Notes: generated by a model from the sequence alone, not told the origin. Shown: positions 25,588 through 38,556, counted from the stretch's first letter. The stretch: 64,000 nucleotides of DNA from Chara braunii (GCA_003427395.1 BFEA01000004.1:1519874-1583873), one strand, 5' to 3'. A program made the numbers and translations.

Positions 25588-26400
25588 TCGCAACCCTTAG
25601 GCTGCAGTATAGTGGGCTTCCTCGTCTGTGTCAAGGTGTCGCATTTTTGGCGGCGGGCGACCAGGACGCAAAGTGGGTTCTTAGGGGGCAAAAAAATTTG
25701 GGGGACCCGTCCTTGGCAAAATTGCGGACTACCTACAGTTAGCTCTGGTACAACCGGGACTTTTGGAAAAAGGAAGGACAGGTCCTCGGGTGGAAGTGGA
25801 CCCCAAAACGAAGTAGGGGGCGTTGGACCGGTCCCTGGGTAGAAGCGGACCCCAAAAAGAAGTGAGGGCATGTGAACTGCAAAAAGACCCTCAGGCCTAG
25901 GCATGGAGCCCCGTCTTCTCAAAACAGGGAGGTCAGGCACAACGAAATAGGCGTTTTGCAAAAGACAACTTTGACGATTTTCTGTGCTCGNNNNNNNNNN
26001 NNNNNNNNNNNNNNNNNNNNNNNNNNNNNNNNNNNNNNNNNNNNNNNNNNNNNNNNNNNNNNNNNNNNNNNNNNNNNNNNNNNNNNNNNNNNNNNNNNNN
26101 NNNNNNNNNNNNNNNNNNNNNNNNNNNNNNNNNNNNNNNNNNNNNNNNNNNNNNNNNNNNNNNNNNNNNNNNNNNNNNNNNNNNNNNNNNNNNNNNNNNN
26201 NNNNNNNNNNNNNNNNNNNNNNNNNNNNNNNNNNNNNNNNNNNNNNNNNNNNNNNNNNNNNNNNNNNNNNNNNNNNNNNNNNNNNNNNNNNNNNNNNNNN
26301 NNNNNNNNNNNNNNNNNNNNNNNNNNNNNNNNNNNNNNNNNNNNNNNNNNNNNNNNNNNNNCCTTAGGGCTGTGTTCCCCGCGCCCACGCGGTAGACAAT
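25588..26400. mobile_element. Unclassified insertion in DIRS copy 1 (contains an assembly gap)
   Basis: Copy 2 reads agattcat|acacttattcc (37761-37779) without interruption. Copy 1 has extra sequence at this point, bounded by AT..AT. Confidence 0.65.
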
Positions 26401-27228
26401 ACACTTATTCCAATCGTCTTTGCCAGTGGGATCTGGCCCTAACTGAGTTAGGCCCAGTTGCGCACGTTCAACCTACCCCCCCCCCCCATACCACTGCCCG
26501 CCCTTAAGGGCCTCGCCAGACTCCTCAAGAAATGTAAATGTAAATGGGGAGTGAATCTTCACGCAACAGGTGGAAAGATGGGTCGGTCCGATACTTCGAA
26601 TCCGGATGACGTATGACATAATCTGGAAAACAATATGGTCCTGATACGCGTAATCCGAGTGTTGACTCCCATCTGACTCCATACTCTTCAGGGCATACTC
26701 ACACTAGCACTTTCCTAAACGTACCTGACTGCAATTACGGCCCGAGCTGGATGAATTTGGCCACAATCAAGGCCAAAGTTTGGTAGAAAAAATGTCCCAG
26801 TGTGAGTCCGCCCTTAGTTACGACGCCTCAATTGTTCAGCCCTCCTCTCTCCTTTTTTTTTTTTTTTTTTTTTTTTGGAAAGCTGAAACATTTTATTCAA
26901 AAAACAACACCACTGAACGAGGCCGGGGACCTCACAATTCAACCCGGAGTTATACTGGCAGCCTCAGCTAGTTTCGCTTACGAACCAGGCTCGACGACCA
27001 AACCGACTGGTTAAAAATAAACAAATCAATGTTGCTGGAAACCGGTTCTAGCGTCCCCTGCTGCTACGCTTTCCAAAAATAAACTTGAAGCACAAAGTAA
27101 AAGAGAGCTCACTCATAAACTCTCTGAATTTCTGTTCAGTACTTTGATGAGTGGTAACAGAACCGGAAAACGGGAACATAGAGTGTCTGGACGAGGACAC
27201 CTAAAAACCTAGCGGGAACTCTCGAAAC

Positions 27229-30200
27229 CTATGAGTACCCAGTGTCCTTCACCCTGCCAGCCACCCCTTCCTGAAGCCAAGGATCAAATTTTATTTTACC
27301 TTTTGATGTTACCTTGGCCATTTCGTTCCCTAGTGTCCAAGTTCAGAGAAACCAAGAAAGGCCCTTGCCCTTAGACCCGCGGAATTTTTCCCAGTTTGTG
27401 CGAATAGCTAACCGAATATTTTTACGGACCAGTTGGATTTGTACATGGAACACTGTGTCTGAGCTGCAGAAGACTCTGGCGTTTCTTGCTGACCACATGA
27501 CATCCATAACCACTCCTCTGCTTACCAGGGCCACATAGCCCCATCCTGATGTAAAGCATGTGTTTGGGGGAGCGGAGCTGTGTAAAATTCATTCATCTTA
27601 CCACTCCACAAAGTTACCTGCAAAGATCTTCCAAAGTGTCCTCCACCATTCCCATACTTGGGTAGCCAACGGACAATGGAGCCAAAGGTGAGTTGAGGAT
27701 TCGCTATCTAGTTCACATCTCTTACAAAACTCAGGGACGTTCATCCCCTTTCCCACTAGCCAAGTGGTCACTGGGACGACCTGTAAAGTTTGCTACCAAA
27801 TCAAACTAGCCTGTTTTTGTGAGGGAAGTATTTTCAGCGCCTTCCATAGCTTGTTCCATTGCGGGATTTGGCTTTCCACTTCATGTGCAAAATAAAACCT
27901 TCTTGATGCTTTTGCTGTTGGCGGGTCCAGGATTGAGGACGACTGAGCTGCAACCCCCACCTTTGGTTTATACTTGATGAGTGGGATGTCCTCCGCTGAC
28001 TAAGTCAAACCCTTCTCCCAGCAATACATAAGCGGTTCGACTTTGAATCTCTCAGCCTCCCCCAAGCATGTGAAAGCTTGTTGCTTCCTGGCTCCCCTTT
28101 GTTCTATAACTCTTAGCTCCGCGAGATCATCTAAATCTTGAACCACTCTTTCCCCCTCCAAGCTCAGTACATTGTGATCCTTCCCCCTAGCCCTCTCAAA
28201 CCATGTCTGAACTTAAAATCTCGTTGTGTGGTCCGGACCCATCACCCTCCACACCCTGGAGTCATCCGGTGATCTGAGCCAAGTGCTCTGTATTGTCCCT
28301 TGTTCCTCCTTCAACAGGGATGTCCAGGATGTAGGAATCACTTTTATCAGTCTTTCCAAATTGGATTCTACATACGGTATTCTCGAAAGTTTCTTTCTCA
28401 TCTCCTGCTTGGACCGCCAGCAACCTTGTTCGACATCCCATATGTCCTTAATTTGTAGTATCCCTTTCTTGATCCAAGTTTGCCCAAAAGAACCAGGAGA
28501 ACCATCTGTGAGAAAAACTGCCCCATCATTCTATTTGATAAAGACATTATCAAACAAAGTTGGTTACAGACCTCCATGAAAGTGGATGGTTCTGTTAGTA
28601 GGTGTAGGCGAAGCTTGTTCCATGCTGTTAATATACTTTTCCAAGTTCTTGACTTGGGATGCTTGAAAGTGTAGGACTATATTAACATACAGAGCCAGAC
28701 ATGTGAGGGTTGGGACAGGTCTCACTCCTTTCCGAGTATATACACTGCCAATTCCATGCAAAGTTTATTTGAATTTCCAGACATTCCTAAAACAGGTCAT
28801 TTGGCAAGTAAAGCAATATTATGACGTTTTGGATCCAAAATTCTCAGGCCTCCCTGGTCTCGTGGCAGTGCAACAGCATCCCATTCCACTTTTGAGATGA
28901 AACTTTCCTCATCTCCAGCAACCGGTTTCCACAAGTATCTTGAAACTGCTCTCTTGATCCTTGAATATGCGTCTTTTCCCAATAAATGAACCGTTAGTGG
29001 GAACCACAACGTAGAGAAGGCCGTTGTCAATAGTACCAATGCCCTTTCAAATAGGGACAATTGAAAGATACGGACCCATCTGCTGATCCTTGCCGTGAAT
29101 TTGTCCCCAAGCAGGGAATTTTGTGAAGCGCCACAGTTTGACAAAGAAACCTGAACTCCCAAGAAACGTTCGGACGTACCGGAAGGGATCTATCTTAAGC
29201 CCCAATCCACACAGATCTTATAGGGAGATGATAAAAAATACGTTGACTTGTCCCAATTAATTACGGCTTCCGATAGTAAGCAATATTCATCCAATACCAC
29301 ACGTAGTTCATGCATAACTATAGGGGTAATATCTACCGTGACTGTAAGGTTGTCAACTAAAGCCCCTCCCCTGCATTGAAGGGAGGGGGAGATTGACAAA
29401 CCTTTAATCATAGGGTTTGTCCTTAGGTTATCCAACAAGGTCTTGAGTTGAATAACGAATAGTAAAGGAGCCAAAGGGCACCCCTGGCGGAGGGAACGCG
29501 TTAATTTGAACTTCCCTGAGAGCTTACCATTAACTATGACCATGGAGGAGGCATTCACATACATTGCCTTCACCCACCTACAGAACCCCTGGCCAAAACC
29601 TAGTAGTTTCTTCAAAGTGGTAAAGACAAAGGTCCACCCTACTTTATCGTAGGCCTTCTCCATGTCCAACAGTAAAACCACCACATCCTTTTTTTTTTTG
29701 CTGATAATTTCTAAAGCTTGCACCGTAGATAAGATATTTTCGAAAATCGACCTTCCTTTTACAAATGCACCTTGTTCCCAACCAATCAGATTCGGGAGGA
29801 GGTCGGCTAATCGAAGAGCCAGTGCTTTGGCAAGAAGCTTACATACCACGTTGAGTACCGATATGGGTCTGTAATTTCTTACCTCTTGCTTGTTACCTTT
29901 CTTGTACAAAAGAGAGATGATGCCATGCGGTATGCTCTTTGGGAGAGTTCCTGTTTCCAGAGCTTTATTATAGATTGACACTAGGAAGGGAACAAAAGCC
30001 TCCCAGGTAGATAGGAACAGCTCAATCGGTAATCCGTCAAAACCTGGGCATTTCCCTAGGGGCATCTGTTTGGTTGCCCTCCATAATTCATTATCTGACA
30101 AAGGTTGCTCCGAAAATGCACACTCTATAGAGGAGATCCTCGAATGTTGACTAGCCCAAAACTCTGAACCTTCCGACAGATCAGAGTCCAGAGAATCACA

Positions 30201-31490
30201 CGGTCTACGTGTTGAAACAATGTCTTGGAAATATTCCATTGCAAAAACACACATTTGTTCCGTCGTGTTTGCTACCGGGGCATTCCACGCAAAGGGATGA
30301 ACAAGCTCCCTGATAGGTGGTCTGCTCTGTCTCAGCAAGAGGGGCCTAAAGGTCATTTTGGTCATGCGGTCGTATCCCACCATTCCCCTTACTTTGAGTC
30401 ATTCCAACCACCGAGTTTGTTTTTGAAGTTCCAACGCCTCTAGCTGAACCAGACCTGCTTTTATCTTTTCAGACAAAAAATAGTCTGAGAACGGGTCTTT
30501 CCCCATCTTACTTTCTGCCTCTTCTATCTCTCTTATTACCATATTTTCCTTCCTGGTACGGTTTGCAGCTTTCATTCTCGAAAAGACCTTGAGGGCGGTC
30601 TGCACTATACCCAGTCCCACCTCCACCCACTTGTTCTCTACGTCAAATAATACTTTTGTATCAGACCAAGATTTCATTTGATCACTTACCCAGTCAGGGA
30701 TACCCTTGTCCTTTAAGATAGACACGTTCAACCTAAAGGGGGGTATGTGTCTTTCAATAATGTCATTGGACATAATATCCATTACGACTGGATAGTGATC
30801 AGAAAGCAAGGAGACAAAATAGTCAGTCCATATACATCTGTCCCAAACTGCACCTCTGGCCAAAGTGAAATCCAGCCTCTTGCGAGGTTGTGGAGTTCTG
30901 AAAGCTGGTTTCGGACCATACCATGTATAACCGTTAGAGTCCGGGTGCATAATCTTATACACATCTGTCAAGCCTTGGGATTTTAGGAAAGAAAGACGCC
31001 TTATCGTGTCTTCTCTTAGTGGTCTGGGGGAGGGTGTATCCAACCCCGGGCTGAGTACAGTATTCCAGTTTCCCATGATTATTAAATTTTCAATGTCTGG
31101 TATGTGAGCCGGGAGGTCATAAAAGAATTTTATGCGTGCCTTATAATCCACAAGGGCGTAGACTGTCATTATGGCCCAATCCTCTTGGTCCACCGCCAGT
31201 TTTACCCAAACCCAACACCCTTCCTGATCTGCATAGTGGTCTAGTACGTCAACTTCCACGTTTTTGTCCACTATAATACATACCCCACCTTTGGTCCCTT
31301 CCGCCGGGGACCAAAATTGTGGTCCTTTCCAGCGTTTCCGGAATTTTTATACTCTGTCTGTGTGAAGTTTAGTTTCCTGCAGACAAACAATCTGGACATT
31401 CTGATTGTGAATCCACGAAGTCAGTCTTGAATTTTTTCCCCTGTCTGTTGTGTCGCCCAATCCCCTTATATTCCAACTGGCCAAGCGGAT
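27229..31490 (-). pseudogene. LINE B ORF2 (APE endonuclease, RT, zf-RVT zinc knuckle), fragmented
   Basis: LASWNIRGLG, LQETK, MGNWN, RLDF, SDHYP; KCPGFDG, NYRPISVL, LDMEKAYD, RQGCPLAP, LVDN; CELDSESSTHLWLHC near 27700. Split over track ORFs 30399-31271, 29190-30383 and 28797-29162. Confidence 0.92.
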
Positions 31491-31499
31491 TTGATGTGG

Positions 31500-34400
31500 A
31501 AGGACCATTCAAGTGGTCAATCCCGCTCAGCTGTTGGATGCGGATGGAGGTATTCGTGGGTATAGAGGCGCACAGTGCTCCCAAATGGGTTTGAAACTCT
31601 TCCGCGAAAAGGGCTTCCTGGGCTTCTGTCAAGGCCAACCATTTTGCTATTTCATTGGCAGTAAGATTTTAGGTCAGGTTAATATCGCAGACTGAGTCAT
31701 TTCCCGGAACTAATAAGTTGTGCAGGGGGGCTCAGTAAGCCCTCACTGTGCACCATTTACAGAAATCGTCCGTCATTGACACTATACCTAGGACCACACA
31801 ATGCAGCACCACCTTGGAACCTTCTGCTTGATTAACAATGTGGCGCCCCATTTCGGGTGATTGCAAAATGCCACACTTAAAAGTATGGTTGACCACGTGA
31901 TCCGCCACTAGCTCGAGGATTTGCTCCTCTGAGGGTCGGGTAGGAACCCAAATCGCCAGCATTTCCAGAGCATCATCCTTTTTCCAGGTCATGTATGTGA
32001 GGCCCAATGGTGTGTCAAAGATAATTATTGGAACCAAGTACTGTGGTAAAGATCATTTTTTCCTATCTGTTCTGGATAGAGTGGACATGGCCGACGCGTA
32101 GGACAAGCGGTGCATATCCACCGTATCAATGTGCCTTCGTTTCTTGGTACCCCCCGCACCTGTGTGGTCCAGAGGACCTCTCTCATCATATTCATTCCTC
32201 CCCATACCGATTTTTGAATTTTGGTTTGAGCGCTGCGTTTTTATTGGGGAACTAAATATCGGGTCTGGTTGTACTGAGTCAAACGAGAAATCCCCTCCTT
32301 TGAATATACCCGGTACTGCAAATTCCAATTCAGGAGGGAGGGGTAGACTGTCTGTTTGGGAATAATATTTGTTAAGGTTCAACCCTCCCTTCCCTTCACC
32401 CTGGAAGCAGAACAGAGAAGAAGTCTTCATTGTAAGATCTTTTTCCTTAGAACTTGGGGTAGAAGACTCTTCTAAAGGAACTGTATCGTTGGACACAAAT
32501 AGCCTGCTAATACCCAAGTCCCGATCATCTCCCGGAGAAAGAGGGGGAGAAGGAGAGGGGGTATTTGAGTGGGGGTGAGTATTTTTCGCCTTTTCCTCCA
32601 TGCTTGAGCCTGCATGGGGGTTATCCCCCTTAACAGAGAAGAAGTCTTCATTGTAAGATCTTTTTCCTTAGAACTTGGGGTAGAAGACTCTTCTAAAGGA
32701 ACTGTATCGTTGGACACAAATAGCCTGCTAATACCTAAGTCCCGATCATCTCCCGGAGAAAGAGGGGGAGAAGGAGAGGGGGTATTTGAGTGGGGGTGAG
32801 TATTTTTCGCCTTTTCCTCCATGCTTGAGCCTGCATGGGGGTTATCCCCCTTAGCTTCCTTCTGCGTAGACTCCTCTCGTTCCAACCACTGTTCTTTTTC
32901 CTCCTCCGCAACCTCATGACCTCGGGTTTCCCCTTGATCACGAAAGTCGATCCCCATATCCCTGTCTACCCGCAATTCTTTCTCTGCCCGCTCCTGGCCC
33001 TGTTTCAACTCGCTTTCCGTTCCTGTTTTCAGAGTCTTTTGCCTTTCCATCGTTGCCTTCTTCTGTTTGTGTATTCTCTTTTGTTATCCCTAGCTCGTCC
33101 AGGGGGGGGGAGTTCTCTGTCCCCTGATTGGGCTTAGGTGCGGATGACGGCTTCCCTTGCTTTTTGCGGGAACTGTCCTCTTTTTCCTCCTCCGCAACCT
33201 CAAGGCCTCGGGTTTCCCCTTGCTCACGAGAGTCGATCTTCATATCCGTGTCTACCCGCAAATCTTTCTCTCCCCGCTCCTTGCCCTGTTTTAACTCACT
33301 TTCCAATCCTGTTTTCAGACAGCCTTTTGTCTTTCCATCGTTCTCTTCTTCTGTCTGTGGACTTTCTTTTGTTTTCCCTGGCTCATCCAGGGGCGGGGGG
33401 TTCTCTGTCCCCTCTTTGGGCTTAGGTGTGGATGTCGGCTTCCATTGCTTTCTGCGGGAACCGACCGCTTTCTGTTTGGGTTTCCTCTTGGATTTCGATT
33501 TCGATTTGAGGTCTTTCCCCTTAGCCTGAGATGAAGAAGAGGGGGGGAGTCCTTCTGAGAGGGTTCTCCTTTTTCGTGAGTGAGGACACCCTTCCCCTCT
33601 TTACCCCCCCCCCCCTCTTTCTCCTTGAGAGCCTTACCCTCGTCCTTTTCAATCTTCTCATTCCCCTTCTCAAATGCCTTGCCTTTGCCCTTGTTGTCGG
33701 GCTCTGCATGGGGCTTTGTCCCTTCTTCCCCAGCCAGGTTCTTTCGACCTCCCGCCTGCTGCCCCTACTTCTGACTCCCACTCTTTGTCGAGCAATTCAC
33801 ATCAGATTCATCATGACAGTGTACCCTGCATTTCTTGCACCATGGGGTGGATGCGCATACCACTTCGATATCTACATAGCGCCATGTATCAAGGTTCATT
33901 ACCAACCACCTTTTGAGTCGGGTTTTGGCAATTGGTTCCAGGTCGATCCTTATGTTACGTAGGTCCGGTGAGAGGGGGTCTGAGTAGGCCGGATAGGCCT
34001 TTAGTACGAAACCAAACGCCAGCTTAACTGCTGCTGCAACATGAAGGACAACCCCAACCGGGACATTTTAACACCTAATCCAAAAAAACTGATACGTCAT
34101 CGCCTTACGCCGCTCATATAGTTCTAACTCTGTCATCCATGGGCGAAAGTTGACCACGTAGGTTTTCCCGTCCATTTCCACCTTAGACTGTTTTTTCATC
34201 AACATCCATGCAACAATTTTTTTGGAAGAAGCGACATACGTGACTAGGTTTCGTCCTTTATTATGCATTAATCCTCTCTTAGCGGTGACATTTATTTCCA
34301 GTCCATTAGCCCATCCTTCTTCATAGATCCGTACTAACCCACTTTTTACTTCACCCGGCAGGGATGAAGCATCATTTCCCAAGAAGATGGATACTGCATG

Positions 34401-34700
34401 TTCGCGTAGCCATTCTTCCTGAATCCGATAGATTTCCTTATCCACTGTCACGCGTACAAAATTCTCCCCACGCTCCACCGAACCAGTTGTCAGGTTCGCC
34501 GAAATAATTCCTTCGAGGTAACATTTTTCTATAATATTCCTAATCCGTTCGATTGGTGTTCTGGTTGCCCCTGGGGGGTGGGGCCTGGTTTTGATGTCAA
34601 TGCAGCCATCGTTGCGGTTAAATACCCGAGCCAGAAGAAGGACAGGGAGAAAATTATTACGGAACAACAACTTAAATTCACGTGAAACAACCCGACCCTC
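31500..34700 (-). pseudogene. LINE B ORF1 (N-terminal domain, CCHC knuckle, long acidic/low-complexity linker, extra C-terminal domain)
   Basis: Track ORF 34068-34670 (VNFRPW..FWIRC), then WCKKCRVHCHDESDVNC at ~33790-33845. The linker has tandem duplications (221 bp at 32411-32852; ~285 bp at 32895-33465). Confidence 0.75.
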
Positions 34701-35086
34701 ATTTAAGTATAAAAAAGGAAAGAGAAAAAGTGTTGCAAGTTAGTTTGTACTATACCGTATCATATGCACACCAGTCGGATATAGCCTCAAGTAAATATGA
34801 AAAGTCAGCTTGCTAGGTCAACCCTATGAGCTGTGAGAATTTTTACCTTTGCAGAATCCTGGCTATTCTTGGTTGCCTTCAAAAGTTGAGCATCTCACAC
34901 ACTCCGTTGGCAGGGATGGCCGGCTGCCTGCTTGACGAGGTGAGAAAAGTGACGCTACCCATGTCTGTTTGTGTCCCCTTTCCCTCCGACATTCCTCTTT
35001 TCAACCCTGCGCCCTTTCCCATCCTGCTATCTCCCTTTCGAGATGGCCAGAAGACCTCGTCTTCTACCTCTCTTCCTCTCTCCTTT

Positions 35087-38000
35087 CCACCCCTCTATAG
35101 GCTCGCGCAATCTTATCAAGAATCTTCCACCTTGCCGATCAGTTTTTGTATGTTCAGGTCTCACTGTCCTCTCCCCTATGTTGATTTCCAAATATTGTAA
35201 ACGCAATCCCTCTCCGCACCACTGTCAACTATCCCATAAATAAAGAAAGATTGCAACATCCATGTATGCCTCGGCTTCCGCCACTCCCTTTAATATTAAA
35301 ATTTTATTTCTGATATACTGTATAACAATCCCTAATTTCTCTCATCGCAATGGTCGTGCCGACTCCTCCGCCACTCCCCTATGCAGTGCATACTCTCGAT
35401 ACGCTTTTCGAAATGCCTTTATTCGACTACTTTGACAAGGGTCATCACTCTCCCTCCATAACAATCGAAAGTTGTTGCTCAAGCAATTTATGACAGCATC
35501 AACAGTGGAAGGAGATACAATAGGAGTTCACTCCAAATCTGCGGTTTGACACTGCCCTTCCACCTCTATCAACCACTGACTGCTTAAAAAGGATAAAATA
35601 TCCAGATCAATGTATCGCATGCAATCTTGCCCAATATTATTTATCTCTAACCACTTATTCAACCCAAGTAACAATTTCCGCATTCCATTGCGCCATCGCC
35701 GCCCACACCCAAACTCATCAATTACATTGTTGCATCACTCCAACCCGCTCTCGTAGTGTCCTTCATGCTCCAGAGTGCTTCTCTTTTGTCGCCAGCTTCC
35801 ATCGCTCATGTGCTCATTCCACCATTCCCTACAAGACGACCACGTCACTTGCGGGATGATGAGGGAGATGGGATGGTTCAGGAGGTGTGTAGGCCTGCGG
35901 CCCCCAACTCTGCGACTCTCCTACTCGATCTAACATCATCAAAGGTATGAAAATTCCGTATTTTATTTGGACTAGACCTGTGCAGCAATTGTCCTACCAC
36001 TTGTCACAGTTGGCCTTTCCTTACCTTGGTCACCAGCAGTGGACCCCGGCAGTTACTGAGTCGTTTGTGTGGGCCTTGCGGCTCCCAACTCCGCGACTCT
36101 CCTATTCGATCTAGCATCATCAAAGGTAAGAAAATTCTGTATTTTATTTGGACTAGACCTGTGCAGCAATTGTCCTACCACTTGTCACAGTTGGCCTTTC
36201 CTTACCTTGGTCACCAGTAGTGGACGTTGGCAGTTACTGAGTCGTTTGTGTGGGCCTGCGGCCCCCAACTCCGCGACTCTCCTATTCGATCTGGCATCAT
36301 CAAAGGTATGAAAATTCTGTATTTTATTTGGACTAGACCTGTGCAGCAATCGTCCTACCACTTGTCACAGTTGGCCTTTCCTTACCTTGGTCACCAGCAG
36401 TGGACGCCGGCAGTTACTGAGTCGTTTCGGTAACAGAATCGTTTCCTCACATGCTACTACTCGGCAACACTTCTTCACAGCCGCGGATTCTCAAGATCTA
36501 CGGTTCACATTCACATTCAATACTACCGACGGTGTATCTGGACCAAGGTATGAGCATTATTCGCAGCACTCAGTTGGAGTAGGAGTTCGGTCTGGACCAA
36601 GGACTGCAGGGCATTCCGATCGGGATCAACAACCACGAGGAGGAGGTTGTTTTTTTGGGACCTACGACTGAGGCAACTGGATCAGGACCGAGATTGCGGC
36701 AACTGGATCAGGACAAAGGACCAAGGAACTTACCCAGGATGCATCTGGACGTCGCTGGCCCGTATGGGATTACTCCCTCCGCCCGCGATGGTATAAGTTA
36801 CAGGCAGCGCCGCAGTGGAGGCAGGCTGCAGAACTTGCTGAATCTGCTGGACTTCCCTCGAACCTCCCTCGGTTGACCGTCCGCCAGCAGCGCTGAGCCT
36901 TCCGCAAATCTGCAATCACACAGTCACTTCTGTCAGCTGGGCTGAGGAGAGTCATTCTCCTTCGCCAATTTTGGCGAAGCGGTCCCACCCACCCTCTATC
37001 TTCCCACGGCGTGTGGGCCTGGGGCCGCCAACACGGCGACTCTCCTATTAGATCTGGCATCATCAAAGGTATGAAAATTCTCTATTTTATTTGGACTAGA
37101 CCTGTGCATGAGGGACCCGGGACCCTTTTTCGGGCTTTTATAATTCAAAAGTGGCCATTGTATGAACCAGGCCGGAGTGCCTGGACACTCTGGCTGCAAA
37201 AAAAAAAAAAAAAAAAAAAAAAAGGCGGAGTGCCTGTACACTCTGGCCACAAACACACACACACACACACAAAAAAAAAAAGAGAGAGAGAGAGAAGGCA
37301 ATTAAAAAAAAGAAAAAGGGATTTGAAGAAGAGGAAAATTTCCTGAAAAAGAAAAAGAAAAAAAAGAAGAGGAAAATAATGGGAAAACAAAAAAGCGGCC
37401 CACGGAGGCCGTCCATCCGCCCAGCATGCGCTATGAAGATTCTTTTGAACATTCCTTTTCGTCTTGTGGTGTTGCTTCTTGCGAACATGTCTGTGTGCGC
37501 GCCATACCGTGTCTGCCTGAGGGTCATACCACTTCTACTTCTTTTTACCTTTTTTTGGGAGAGGGGGACGGCCTTGAGATATCATCCTCGTACTGACCGA
37601 GGATCACCCTACGGGACTCGAACACAGGTGGGTATACTAAGGGCCAGATCCCACTGTGGCAAAGAGGATTGGAATAAGTGTCTGAATCTGGACGTGTTTG
37701 TCGATAGGTACAATAAACTGTGATTGATCTGGATTTCTGCATCTCTGCGTGAACACGTCCAGATTCATACACTTATTCCAATCGTCTTTGCCAGTGGGAT
37801 CTGGCCCTAACTGAGCTAGGCCCAGTTGCGCACGTTCAACCTACCCCCACCACTATACCACTCTCCCCCCTTAAGGGCCTCGCCAGACTCCTCAAGAAAT
37901 GTAAATGTAAATGGGGAGTGCATCTTCACGCAACGGGTGGAAAGATGGGTCCGGGCAATGTAAAAAAAAAAAGAAAAAAAAGAAGGGGTCCGTCCGATAC

Positions 38001-38270
38001 TTCGAATCCGGATGACGTATCACATATGACCTAATCTGGAAGACAATATGGTCCTGATACGCGTCATCCGAGTGTTGTCTCCCATCTGACTCCATACTCT
38101 TCAGGGCATACTCAGACTAGCACTTTCCTAAACGTACCTGACTGCAATTACGGCCCGAGCTGGATGAATTTGGCCGCAATCAAGGCCAGAGCTCGGTAGA
38201 AAAAAGTCCCAGTGTGAGTCCGCCCTCAGTTACTACGCCTCAATTGTCCAGCCCTCTCTCCTTTCCACCC
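35087..38270 (+). mobile_element. Partial second copy of the DIRS/PAT element (from mid-YR to the right end)
   Basis: Colinear with 23390-25587 plus 26401-26852, roughly 90-95% similar by eye. YR remnant on minus at 35087-35810. Confidence 0.88.
35885..36427. repeat. Three tandem ~180-bp units inside DIRS copy 2
   Basis: ggactagacctgtgcagcaat recurs at 35969, 36150 and 36330. Copy 1 has a single unit (24185-24366). A partial unit recurs at 37010-37110 and 24944-25042. Confidence 0.92.
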
Positions 38271-38510
38271 AAGCATCTTGTCTTGTGCTCCATAATCCAA
38301 CTGCAGCAGCAGCTATTGGTGCTCTTCTCCTACTTGGCAACGGACGAGGAATCTGAGAAAGTAAAAGAAAAAAGAAAAAGAAAACGCGCAATTCGATGAC
38401 GTAAGGCCCGCTGGACCCGGTTCCCAGCACGTGTTTCCCCTCCAATAGAAGGGAGCAATAATCAACGGCGCAAAAACAGAAAGGGTGAGCAATTGCTGGA
38501 TTGGGGCGGG

Positions 38511-38556
<46 letters not shown>

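Larger units (their letters stand above)
20500..26852 (+). mobile_element. DIRS/PAT-type tyrosine-recombinase retrotransposon with inverted YR ORF (Kangaroo-like layout), degenerate; left boundary uncertain
   Basis: RT-RNaseH-methylase on +, YR on -. The downstream non-coding part is homologous to 35087-38270. Confidence 0.85.
26853..35073 (-). mobile_element. Full-length (~8.2 kb) L1/Tx1-like LINE (element B) with poly(A) tail and TSD
   Basis: Poly-T at 26853-26876 with AATAAA nearby on minus. TSD tcctctctccttt at 26843-26855 and 35074-35086. ORF1 and ORF2 are recognisable. Confidence 0.92.

Noticed and set aside
26590-26700. CTGAAGA on minus (also ~38097) as a hammerhead
   Set aside because: No stem II followed by GAAA.
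35885-36427. CRISPR-like periodicity
   Set aside because: Whole 180-bp units repeat with no unique spacers; eukaryotic TE context and no cas genes.
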